A stretch of DNA of 64,000 bases from Nitrospirota bacterium (GTDB lineage: Bacteria > Nitrospirota > UBA9217), in NCBI GenBank assembly GCA_963754875.1, contig CAVWHO010000013.1, forward strand, positions 183,263 to 247,262, written 5' to 3'. Below, piece by piece: positions 1-8,350 of the stretch. Every line of letters begins with the position of its first letter. The stretch's first letter is position 1. A program made the position numbers and the translations under genes. The notes beneath the pieces were generated by a model that was not told the DNA's origin, searched no databases, and was given only the letters and a program-made list of their open reading frames with translations.

Positions 1-524
1 AGAACGTCGGCACCGCCGAAGCCATCTACACCGCCGTGCGCTACGGTAAGCCGCTGATCGAGCGTTATGTGACCGTAACCGGCAGGGGCGTAAAGGAGCC
101 GAAGAACTTTCTCGCCCGCATCGGTACGCCGTTCTCACAGCTCATCGAAGAGGCAGGCGGTCTTACCGACACGGCAGCCAAGGTGATCTCCGGCGGCCCC
201 ATGATGGGCATGAGTCAGTATACGCTCGATGTGCCGGTGATCAAAGGCACGTCCGGCATCACGGTCCTTCCGAAAAACGAAGTATATACGAAACCCTACG
301 GCCCGTGTATTCGCTGCGGCAGATGCATCGACGCCTGTCCCATGAAGCTCCAACCCTCCTACATCGGACTCTACATCGAGAAAGGACATTACGAAGACGC
401 GAAGAGCTACAATCTGATGGACTGCTTTGAGTGCGGTTCCTGCACCTTCGTCTGCCCCGCCAACCGGCCCATGGTCCAGTGGGTGAAAAAAGCCAAGAAG
501 GAACTGGCAAAAAAGAAAATTTAA
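1..524 (+). CDS. rnfC: Rnf complex subunit C, 3' part (starts before the window)
   Basis: SLBB region (VISGGPMMG) and two 4Fe-4S motifs, CIRCGRCIDACP and CFECGSCTFVCP; directly upstream of rnfD. Confidence 0.95.
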   Translation, partial: NVGTAEAIYTAVRYGKPLIERYVTVTGRGVKEPKNFLARIGTPFSQLIEEAGGLTDTAAKVISGGPMMGMSQYTLDVPVIKGTSGITVLPKNEVYTKPYGPCIRCGRCIDACPMKLQPSYIGLYIEKGHYEDAKSYNLMDCFECGSCTFVCPANRPMVQWVKKAKKELAKKKI

Positions 525-533
525 TTAATAATA

Positions 534-588
534 TGGAGCAAGCCGACCGTGTCGGCGTCATCAACGGCAACACGGTTGCCTTGGTCCA
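534..588. repeat. Double-hairpin palindromic element, copy 1 (copy 2 at 34360-34417)
   Basis: TGGAGCAAG...CTTGGTCCA outer stem enclosing GCCGAC-cgt-GTCGGC and GGCAAC-acg-GTTGCC; near-identical copy 34 kb away. Confidence 0.85.
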
Positions 589-607
589 AAGGAACGAGGT
601 TACTCTG

Positions 608-1639
608 ATGGAAGCACCTGCAAAGGCAATACCGAAAGAACTGCCTAAACTGATCGTATCGATTGGTCCCCACATGCACGATGTGGAGAGCACGGCGAAG
701 ATCATGTGGACCGTGAGCGGCGCGCTGCTTCCGGCCACGCTCATGTCGGTCTACTACTTCGGCATGCCGGCGATCATGGTGATTCTCGTTTGTCTCGTAA
801 CGTCTCTCCTGGCCGAGGCCGGGATGCAGTGGCTGCTCAAAAAGCCCGTTACGCTCTCAGACGGGAGCGCGTTCCTGACGGGCCTGCTCCTGGCAATGAA
901 CCTTCCTGCCAATGCGCCGCTCTACATTCCTTTCGTCGGGTCCATTGTGGCGATCATGATTGCCAAGCACCTCTTCGGAGGTCTCGGCTACAACATCTTT
1001 AACCCTGCACTTGTCGGACGCGCCTTTGTCCTGGTCAGCTTCGCGAAAATCATGACCACCTTTGTTGCCCCGGCCACGACATTCATGGCACTCGATGCCA
1101 AGACCACGGCCACGCCCCTCGTGCTCCTCAAAGAGGAAGGCGTGGCGAAGCTCCTCGAAATTTACCATACCAAGGCCGCCCTGTACCAGGACCTGTTCGT
1201 CGGGAACCGGGCCGGTTCGCTCGGAGAAACATCGGTCGTCGCCCTGTTGCTCGGCGCTGCATTCCTGATGATGAAGCGATACATCACCTGGCATGTGCCT
1301 ATTCCGTTCATCGCCACCGTCGGCGTCCTCACCTGGATTTTTGGCGGCAAGGACGGCCTCATGACCGGCGATCCGATCCTCCACATGATGTCCGGCGGAC
1401 TCATCCTCGGGGCATTCTTCATGGCTACGGACTACGTGACCGGACCTTCAGTCCGGAGCGCCCAGGTGGTCTTCGGAATCTGCGCCGGGATCCTTACGAC
1501 GCTCATACGACTGAAAGGCGGCTACCCGGAGGGCGTGATGTTCGCGATCCTTCTCATGAACTGCTTCGCGCCTCTCCTTGACCGGGGCATGAGGAGTCCC
1601 GTCTTCGGCAAAGCCGAGGCCAAGGGGGTAAAGAAATGA
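608..1639 (+). CDS. rnfD: Rnf complex subunit D
   Basis: Membrane protein with FGGLGYNIFNPA, FMN-attachment TTATP, GSLGETS and FFMATDYVT; start taken at ATG 608 after GAGGT. Confidence 0.95.
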   Translation: MEAPAKAIPKELPKLIVSIGPHMHDVESTAKIMWTVSGALLPATLMSVYYFGMPAIMVILVCLVTSLLAEAGMQWLLKKPVTLSDGSAFLTGLLLAMNLPANAPLYIPFVGSIVAIMIAKHLFGGLGYNIFNPALVGRAFVLVSFAKIMTTFVAPATTFMALDAKTTATPLVLLKEEGVAKLLEIYHTKAALYQDLFVGNRAGSLGETSVVALLLGAAFLMMKRYITWHVPIPFIATVGVLTWIFGGKDGLMTGDPILHMMSGGLILGAFFMATDYVTGPSVRSAQVVFGICAGILTTLIRLKGGYPEGVMFAILLMNCFAPLLDRGMRSPVFGKAEAKGVKK

Positions 1640-2223
1640 AGGATATACTGAAGATAACCCTGCCTCTTGTGGCTATTTTCGTCGTTGCGGGCATCATCAT
1701 GAGCGTGACCTACCAGTATACCTATCCCGTCCGGTTCCAAGCTGAGAAAAAGGAAAAGGAAGAGGCGTTGAAAGAGATGGCGCCCGATGCGACCGATCCC
1801 ATTAAGCCGGCAGGCACGTGGACCGCTAACAACAAACCCTACGAGTATTATCAGGCGACGGCGAGCGGAAAATCGGTAGCTTTTATCGCCGAGACCGCGG
1901 GCAAGGGATATTCCAGCTACATCAAGATGCTCGTTTCACTCAGTCCCGACATGAAAATCAGGGACGTAAAGGTCCTGGATATGAACGAGACTCCCGGCCT
2001 CGGTGACCAGGTCCTCGAAAAGAGCTTCCTCGACCAGTTCAAGGGCAAGGCCCTTTCCCAGATCGTCCTGATCAAAGGAGAGACCAAGGAAAACATCCAG
2101 GCCGTGTCCGGCGCCACGTATTCGAGCCGCGGCGTGACGAACGGCGTGAAGGACGCCGTGCAACTGCTCGTCGATAAGTACGGTGCGGGCATAAAGACTG
2201 CGGCGCAGGAGGTGGCGAAATGA
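1636..2223 (+). CDS. rnfG: Rnf complex subunit G
   Basis: N-terminal TM helix, ETPGLG and FMN-binding SGAT motif. Confidence 0.95.
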   Translation: MKDILKITLPLVAIFVVAGIIMSVTYQYTYPVRFQAEKKEKEEALKEMAPDATDPIKPAGTWTANNKPYEYYQATASGKSVAFIAETAGKGYSSYIKMLVSLSPDMKIRDVKVLDMNETPGLGDQVLEKSFLDQFKGKALSQIVLIKGETKENIQAVSGATYSSRGVTNGVKDAVQLLVDKYGAGIKTAAQEVAK

Positions 2224-2849
2224 GCAATAACGTCAATTTAGGGACGCTGTTCAAAAATGGCATCTTCGGCGAAAATCCGGTCTTCCGGCTTGCGCTCTCT
2301 CTCTGCCCGGCCGTGGCCGTTACGAGCGGCGTGAAAAACGGGTTTCTGATGGGCGTCGCGGTCCTGTTCGTCATGACCATGACGAACGTAACGGTTTCCC
2401 TCCTGCGAAACTTTATCAACCCGAAAGTCCGCATTCCCTCCTATGTGTTCATCACCGCAACGTGGGTCACGGTGATCGATCAGGTGATGTCGGCGTACCA
2501 GCGGGCGGTCTACAAGGAAATGGGCCTCTATATCATGCTTATCGTCGCCTTTGCCATCATTCTTTCCCGGGCAGAGATGTTTGCGAGCAAGAACAAGCTC
2601 CTTCCGTCCTTCGTTGACGGGGTAGGGATGGGGCTGGGCTTTCTCCTTGCCCTGATGCTTCTCGGCGTATTTAGGGAATTTTTAGGCAAGGGATCGTTCT
2701 GGGGCGCCCAGATACTGCCGGCAAAACCGCTGCTCATCATGATCATGCCGACAGGCGGTTTTTTTGCCATGGGGCTCATGATGGGTTGGCTTAACTGGAT
2801 AGATCGGAAGTTCTTCGGCGGCTCGGGGGCAAGCAGCGGAGGACATTAG
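2220..2849 (+). CDS. rnfE: Rnf complex subunit E (variant with only one Cys)
   Basis: ENP..LCP, VRIP, RAE.FA and DG.GMGLGF motifs; operon position. Confidence 0.93.
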   Translation: MSNNVNLGTLFKNGIFGENPVFRLALSLCPAVAVTSGVKNGFLMGVAVLFVMTMTNVTVSLLRNFINPKVRIPSYVFITATWVTVIDQVMSAYQRAVYKEMGLYIMLIVAFAIILSRAEMFASKNKLLPSFVDGVGMGLGFLLALMLLGVFREFLGKGSFWGAQILPAKPLLIMIMPTGGFFAMGLMMGWLNWIDRKFFGGSGASSGGH

Positions 2850-2921
2850 GATTGTCGATGGATGAACGATGATTGGCGATTGAACACAATCATCAATCAA
2901 CGATCAACAATCATCAATCGT
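2850..2921. repeat. Inverted array of degenerate heptamer repeats
   Basis: gattgtc gatggat gaacgat gattggc gattga faces aatcatc aatcaac gatcaac aatcatc aatcg. Confidence 0.7.
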
Positions 2922-2938
2922 TTCACCCGGAGGGTTCT

Positions 2939-3523
2939 ATGTGGCAGCATGTTCTAACCATTTTTATCGCATCTGCGCTCATTAACAATTTCGTGTTTTC
3001 CCGCTACCTCGGTCTCTGCATCTTTTTCGGCGTTACGAAGAAAATGGAGACGGCGGTGGGAATGAGCTTTACTTTTACAGCCGTCATGCTCATTCAGGCG
3101 GTTCTCAACTGGGTTATCTATACCTATGTTATGGTCCCTTACAGCCTGGGATTCCTGAAGATCGTGATCTTCATCGGGACGGTTGCCGCTTTTGTGCAGG
3201 CGGCAGACACAATCATGAAGAAGGTCGCTCCCGCGCTGTATTATAAGCTGGGCATTTACCTCGCGTTGATCGTGACGAACTGCGTCATCCTGGCCGTTCC
3301 GCTTTTGAACGCCGATGAAAATTACAGCCTCTTCGAGAGCATGGCGCTGGCGCTCGGGTCCGGTCTCGGTTTCAGCCTGGCGCTCATCATCATGGCTAGC
3401 ATCCGGGAGAAGCTGGAGCTTGCAGATGTGCCCAAGTCGTTCCAGGGGCTCCCGATCTCGTTCGTGCTGACGGGATTGATTGCCCTGGCGTTTTTGGGAT
3501 TCTCGGGAATGATTACGCTTTAA
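2939..3523 (+). CDS. rnfA: Rnf complex subunit A
   Basis: NN.V..RYLGLC, LGIYL.LIVTNC, IREKL and F.GF.G motifs; ATG 2939 after GGAGG. Confidence 0.95.
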   Translation: MWQHVLTIFIASALINNFVFSRYLGLCIFFGVTKKMETAVGMSFTFTAVMLIQAVLNWVIYTYVMVPYSLGFLKIVIFIGTVAAFVQAADTIMKKVAPALYYKLGIYLALIVTNCVILAVPLLNADENYSLFESMALALGSGLGFSLALIIMASIREKLELADVPKSFQGLPISFVLTGLIALAFLGFSGMITL

Positions 3524-3599
3524 CAAGTTCAAAATTCAACAGCCTTGTCTTTTGAACTTTGAATCTTAAATTTTAAATTACCCGTTAAGGGGAATAGCC

Positions 3600-4760
3600 A
3601 TGTATGAACAAATAACGCATATTCTGATGCAGGTCATCACCCATACCTTCTCTATTCTCACGAACAGGCTGGCGCCGCTCGTCGACGCAGGCGTTTCACC
3701 GGAGGCAACAGGGGTCGTCCCCACGTCTACGGTTTACATAACGCTGATCGTGCTGGCGGGGCTCGGCATCGTGTTCGGCGTGGCTCTTGCCCTTGTCGCC
3801 GCCCGCTTCGTGGTGAAAGTAGATCCGAAAGTCGAACAGGTCCGCGAGACCCTGCCCGGCGCAAACTGCGGGGCCTGCGGGTTCGCGGGCTGCATGGGAT
3901 ATGCCGAGGCGGTCGTGGGCAATCCCGACGTGGCAGTGCATATGTGCGCCCCTGGTAAAGCCCCGGTCGCGGAAAAGATCGCGGTGATAACGGGCAAAAA
4001 GGCCGAGAAGGTGGAACCGAAGATCGCCCGTGTCTTTTGCCAGGGCGGGACATCGCTCAGCCAGCGGAAGTTCATCTATAGCGGCGTGCACGACTGCACC
4101 GCGGCAGTGCTCGCTGCTGGCGGAGACAAATCCTGCGAGTACGGATGCCTGGGATTAGGGACCTGCATGCGGGCCTGTCCTTTTGGTGCGATCACGATGA
4201 GCGCCGACAACCTCCCTCTCATCAATCCCGATAAGTGTACGGCCTGCGGAAAGTGCGTGGCCGCCTGTCCCAAACAGGTCATCGAGCTTGCCCAGACTTC
4301 CAAGGCCGTGGTCATCAGCTGCCACAGCAGGGACAAGGGCGTCGACGTCAAGAAAAAATGCCAAGTCGGCTGCATCGCCTGCGGCATCTGCGTCAGGACC
4401 TGTCCGGTGGACGCCATCAAGATCGACAACAACCTTGCGCGCATCGACCACAGCAAGTGCATCGTCTGCGGCCTCTGCGTCAAGAAATGCCCCACCAATG
4501 CCATTTTCGATTATATTCCGGTCCGGCCGAAAGCATACATCGATCCTGCGAAGTGCGTCGGCATCGACGTGTGCGAGAAGGTCTGCCCCGTGAATGCAAT
4601 CTCGGGCGAGATCCGGTCCGTGCATGTCGTCAACCAGGAGAAGTGCATCGGCTGCAGGATGTGCGAGTCCCGGTGCCCGAAAAAAGCGATCACCATGGTG
4701 GAAGCCGGTGCCGGTGCTGCGCAGAAAAAAGCAAAGGCGGAGGAACCTGTCGCAGTATAA
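3600..4760 (+). CDS. rnfB: Rnf complex subunit B (polyferredoxin type)
   Basis: TM anchor, LPGANCGACGFAGC domain and six ferredoxin-type Cys motifs. Confidence 0.93.
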   Translation: MYEQITHILMQVITHTFSILTNRLAPLVDAGVSPEATGVVPTSTVYITLIVLAGLGIVFGVALALVAARFVVKVDPKVEQVRETLPGANCGACGFAGCMGYAEAVVGNPDVAVHMCAPGKAPVAEKIAVITGKKAEKVEPKIARVFCQGGTSLSQRKFIYSGVHDCTAAVLAAGGDKSCEYGCLGLGTCMRACPFGAITMSADNLPLINPDKCTACGKCVAACPKQVIELAQTSKAVVISCHSRDKGVDVKKKCQVGCIACGICVRTCPVDAIKIDNNLARIDHSKCIVCGLCVKKCPTNAIFDYIPVRPKAYIDPAKCVGIDVCEKVCPVNAISGEIRSVHVVNQEKCIGCRMCESRCPKKAITMVEAGAGAAQKKAKAEEPVAV

Positions 4761-4786
4761 GCGAACTGGATGTTTGAGAAACTGAA

Positions 4787-4816
4787 GGGGATGCGAGAAA
4801 ACGCATCCCCTTTTTT
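4787..4816 (+). terminator. Rho-independent terminator of the rnf operon
   Basis: GGGGATGCG-agaaaa-CGCATCCCC followed by T6. Confidence 0.9.
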
Positions 4817-5020
4817 GTCACTGAGAAATTTTTTTCCGTTGCGGAGATTCCTCCATCCCCTGAAAGTCGTGTTATAATATCCCTATTCGCCATCGTCAAA
4901 GATCATGTCTCCGATGCCAGAAGGTGAACAATGCCGACATTTTTTTGCTTGACAAAATAGTGCGCTTGGGCTAAAAACAGACTCATTCTCATCACGTTCT
5001 CATTTTGGAGGTAGGTATCC

Positions 5021-5410
5021 ATGAATCCCGATGATATAAAATATCACAGAGAACATGCCTGGGTCCGGGCGGAAGGAAAGCGGGCGACCATCGGCATTAC
5101 CGACTATGCCCAGCAGCAGATGGGTGATATTGTATATATCGATCTTCCGGAAACCGACACGGAAATCGATGCAGACTCGGAGCTTTCCGAAGTCGAGTCT
5201 ACGAAGGCGACTTCGCCCGTTGTCAGCCCGGTGTCGGGTACGGTCGTGGAAGTGAATGAGGACCTCGCGGACTCGCCGGAGATAATCAACGAAGACCCCT
5301 ATGGAAACGGCTGGCTCGTTGTGCTCGAAATGAGCGATGCCTCCGAGTTGAACGACCTGATGAGCAAGTCGGAGTACGAAAAATTCCTGAAAGAAGAAGA
5401 GGGGAAGTAA
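5021..5410 (+). CDS. gcvH: Glycine cleavage system H protein (lipoyl carrier)
   Basis: GITDYAQ, lipoyl-Lys motif VESTKAT and INEDPYG.GW; GGAGG RBS. Confidence 0.95.
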   Translation: MNPDDIKYHREHAWVRAEGKRATIGITDYAQQQMGDIVYIDLPETDTEIDADSELSEVESTKATSPVVSPVSGTVVEVNEDLADSPEIINEDPYGNGWLVVLEMSDASELNDLMSKSEYEKFLKEEEGK

Positions 5411-5451
5411 ACTTCGGGAGGAACGGTAGTCATAGCCAGTGTCAAGAACGC

Positions 5452-5481
5452 AAAGGGAGAGTACATACTCTCCCTTTTTTT
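5452..5481 (+). terminator. Rho-independent terminator after gcvH
   Basis: AAAGGGAGAGTA/TACTCTCCCTTT stem followed by a T run. Confidence 0.85.
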
Positions 5482-5535
5482 CGCGCGAAAATAGTTTTAG
5501 CAAAGTGATCGCGGAGAAATAAAAAAGTTACAAAA

Positions 5536-5670
5536 CTGATGGTTTGTAAAAAGCCGTCATTCCCGCTTGTCGGGAATCGTCGTGCCACATAACGAACGGG
5601 AAGAGGAAGGATCCCGGACAAGCCGGGATGACACCATAGAGGCCAGTCTTTACTTTTACGAGTTCCTCAA
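5536..5670. repeat. Composite REP-like palindromic element
   Basis: GTCATTCCCGCTTGTCGGGAATC (5556-5578) inverted against GATCCCGGACAAGCCGGGATGAC (5610-5632), 19/23 match, inside a weaker outer inverted pair. Confidence 0.75.
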
Positions 5671-5790
5671 ACGGTGGACGGGAAAATGACCTTATTCTGC
5701 ATCTGTGATCTCCCGAAACAGTGTCGCAAGCGCTTCTGAATGTTCCAGGTGTCTCCTGCCGTAAAACTTTCACTAACTAAGGAGCCTGTC

Positions 5791-7192
5791 ATGTCAATAA
5801 AACTTACCATCATCGGCGCAGGCCCGGGGGGCTACGTGGCCGCAATACGTGCTGCACAGAAGGGCGCACAGGTTACCGTAGTCGAGTCCGGGGAAGTGGG
5901 TGGCACCTGTCTGAACCTGGGTTGCATTCCCACGAAGACGCTCGTTTCTTCGGCTGAAGCGCTCGAACATGCGCGGCGTGCTGCTGATTTCGGGATCGAA
6001 GTTCCTGGAGAAATCGGCTACAATCTCGCGAAGGTCCGCGAACGCAAGGACAAGGTCGTATCGATACAGGTGAAGGGCATCAAGGGGCTGTTCAAGAGCT
6101 GGGGCGTCAGCCTCATCGAAGGCCGCGGGTCGCTGCTCTCTCCCGACGTGGTGCGTGTAGTGCAGAAAGACGGCATCACGATGGATATTAAATCCGATAA
6201 AGTCATCATTGCTACCGGTTCGCGCCCTGCGCTCCTGCCCGGTTTCCCATTCGACGGAGAAAGCGTCCTCACCAGCGATGATGCGGTCATGTTCAAGAGA
6301 ATTCCGGCAAGGCTGCTCATCGTCGGCGCAGGCGTGATCGGCTCGGAATTTTCTTTCATCTACCGTGCCTTCGGTGCAGAGGTGACGATGGTTGAAATGA
6401 TGCCGCACGCGATCTCTACCGAAGACGAGGAAATGTCCGAAATCCTGGAACGGGAACTGAAAAAAGCCAAGATCAAGCTTGTTCCTAATGCAAAGGTCGA
6501 AAAGGTCGAGAAGGGGACTGACGGCGTTCTCACGGTAAAACTTTCGAACGGCCAGGAGCTCGGCGTCGACATGATCCTGGTGTCCATCGGCCGCAGCATG
6601 AACTCAGACGGCCTTTACCTCGAAGACATCGGCGTGACCCGGGGAAAACGCGGCGAGATCATCGTCGACGAAAAAATGGAGACTAATGTTCCGGGCGTGT
6701 ATGCCATCGGTGACGTTACCGGCAAGATCATGCTAGCCCACGTAGCTTCCCATCAGGGCCTGGTAGCCGTGGAAAATGCCCTCGGCGGTCATGAGAGGAT
6801 GGATTACTCCGTGGTTCCGTCGTGCATTTTTACGATGCCTGAGATCGGCAGTGTCGGTATGCGGGAGAAAACCGTCTTGGAGAAGGGCATGAAGTACCGG
6901 GTAGGCCGGTTCCACTACCGTGCACTCGGCAAAGCCCATGCAATGGGTGAAATCAGCCGGCATGATCAAGATCCTTGCCGATGAGGCCACTGACAAAGTG
7001 CTGGGTGTGCATATCTGCGGGGCCCATGCAACTGACATGATCCATGAAGGCGCGCTTGCCATTCAAGTGGGCGCGACGGCAGCGCAACTGGGGCGCATGA
7101 TCCATGCGCACCCCACACTTGCCGAGGGAATCATGGAAGCCGCGGAGAGCGTGCACGGGATGGCGATTCACGTACCGAAATCAGAGAAGTAA
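5791..7192 (+). CDS. lpdA: Dihydrolipoyl dehydrogenase; one apparent frameshift near 6955
   Basis: GAGPGGY, GGTCLNLGCIPTK and GAGVIGSE; the C-terminal HAHPTLAE lies in ORF 6920-7192. Confidence 0.92.
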
Positions 7193-7365
7193 GGATCCAG
7201 CTCATCGTCTGTCGGCTGCGGACCAGCGGGGCGCAGAGGTGACGAGGGGCTTTCTGCGCGCTCTTTCGCCCGGCGTCAGGCAGCGGAGACCACGCGTTCA
7301 CGATACGAATCGGAAGTTGAAACGAGAGGCCGCAGTTTTTCCATTTTTTCGAAGGGGGGGAGTGC

Positions 7366-8190
7366 GTGAAGCAATTATCTGCCGTTGGACACTATGGCCG
7401 GCTCATTGCGATTTTCGCGGCCCTGCTGTATTCGCTCACCGCATTCTGCCCCGCGGCATTTGCCGGTGAGATGGATGTTTATCTCAAGGTCGATAACTAT
7501 AGGTGGAGCGAATATCAAAATGGCTTACGCCTCCTCCAAGAGTCAGGGATTCTTGTCGGCCCGGGCTTTTCGTATTGGAAAGAGTTTTCGAACCATATGA
7601 CGTTGAAGCCCCTCGCAGAGCTCTTTGTGGGTAATGTGGACTACAACGGAGCTACTCAGAACGGGAGTCCGGTAAAGACCAAGGTGATGTATGCCGGAGT
7701 GAAGATGCAGTGCGATGCAGGCAGAAAGTTTGGCGTTGGGGAAACGTCCTACATCGAGCCGTTTGGTGGGCTTGGTATCCGCTCGTGGTCCAGGGACCTC
7801 CAGGACAGCACTACATCGTCCGGCAACGCTGCAGCGGGGTACACGGAGGTTTGGATAAACGCATATGCCCGTTTCGGCGTACGGGGCGGAGTACCTGTCT
7901 CCGAAGAGACGCGGCTTTTCGCCGAAGGAGGAGTGAAACTGCCTTTTTACAACAAAAACAGCGTGTATTTCAACAGCGGGAATAACAACCCGGACTTTAC
8001 CTTGTATCCCGGCCTGCAGTCTTCGTTGTTCGGCGAAGCGGGCGTGACGCTCCATCATTTCAAGGCATCAGTGTTCTATGACGGCCTGCGGTTCTCACGA
8101 TCCCCCAACGTGAATACCTCGATCGGATCTGTCTACCAGCCGAGGTCTTCTGCAGACTTGCTGGGCGTGAAACTCGGCGCCTCGTTTTGA
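7366..8190 (+). CDS. Putative outer-membrane beta-barrel protein
   Basis: Signal peptide ending AFA, alternating aromatic/Gly strands and C-terminal Phe (KLGASF). Confidence 0.7.
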   Translation: MKQLSAVGHYGRLIAIFAALLYSLTAFCPAAFAGEMDVYLKVDNYRWSEYQNGLRLLQESGILVGPGFSYWKEFSNHMTLKPLAELFVGNVDYNGATQNGSPVKTKVMYAGVKMQCDAGRKFGVGETSYIEPFGGLGIRSWSRDLQDSTTSSGNAAAGYTEVWINAYARFGVRGGVPVSEETRLFAEGGVKLPFYNKNSVYFNSGNNNPDFTLYPGLQSSLFGEAGVTLHHFKASVFYDGLRFSRSPNVNTSIGSVYQPRSSADLLGVKLGASF

Positions 8191-8350
8191 CAGAGAAGAA
8201 GCATTTAGACACAGAAAAAACGGATTAACACGTTATAAAAGCGGATTAATTCTAAGCATTCACCAATTGGATGAGCTGCTAATCACGGGAAAATCCGTTG
8301 TTATACGACGCTTATCCGAATTTGATCAGTGTCAAATGCCATTTTTAGAT

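Noticed and set aside
431..607. N-terminal extension of RnfD shown in the ORF track
   Set aside because: It overlaps rnfC and the palindromic repeat; family similarity and an RBS point to ATG 608.
2850..2921. CRISPR array
   Set aside because: No identical 23-47 nt repeats with unique spacers here or elsewhere in the window, and no cas genes.
2873..2938. N-terminal HNHQSTINNHQS extension of RnfA
   Set aside because: It is the translation of the heptamer repeat; the GGAGG RBS supports ATG 2939.
5791..7192. lpdA, degP, ccsA, tatC, hemL and nrfD as pseudogenes or programmed frameshifts
   Set aside because: Single-base indels in otherwise intact and often essential genes, spread over many loci, fit sequencing error better.
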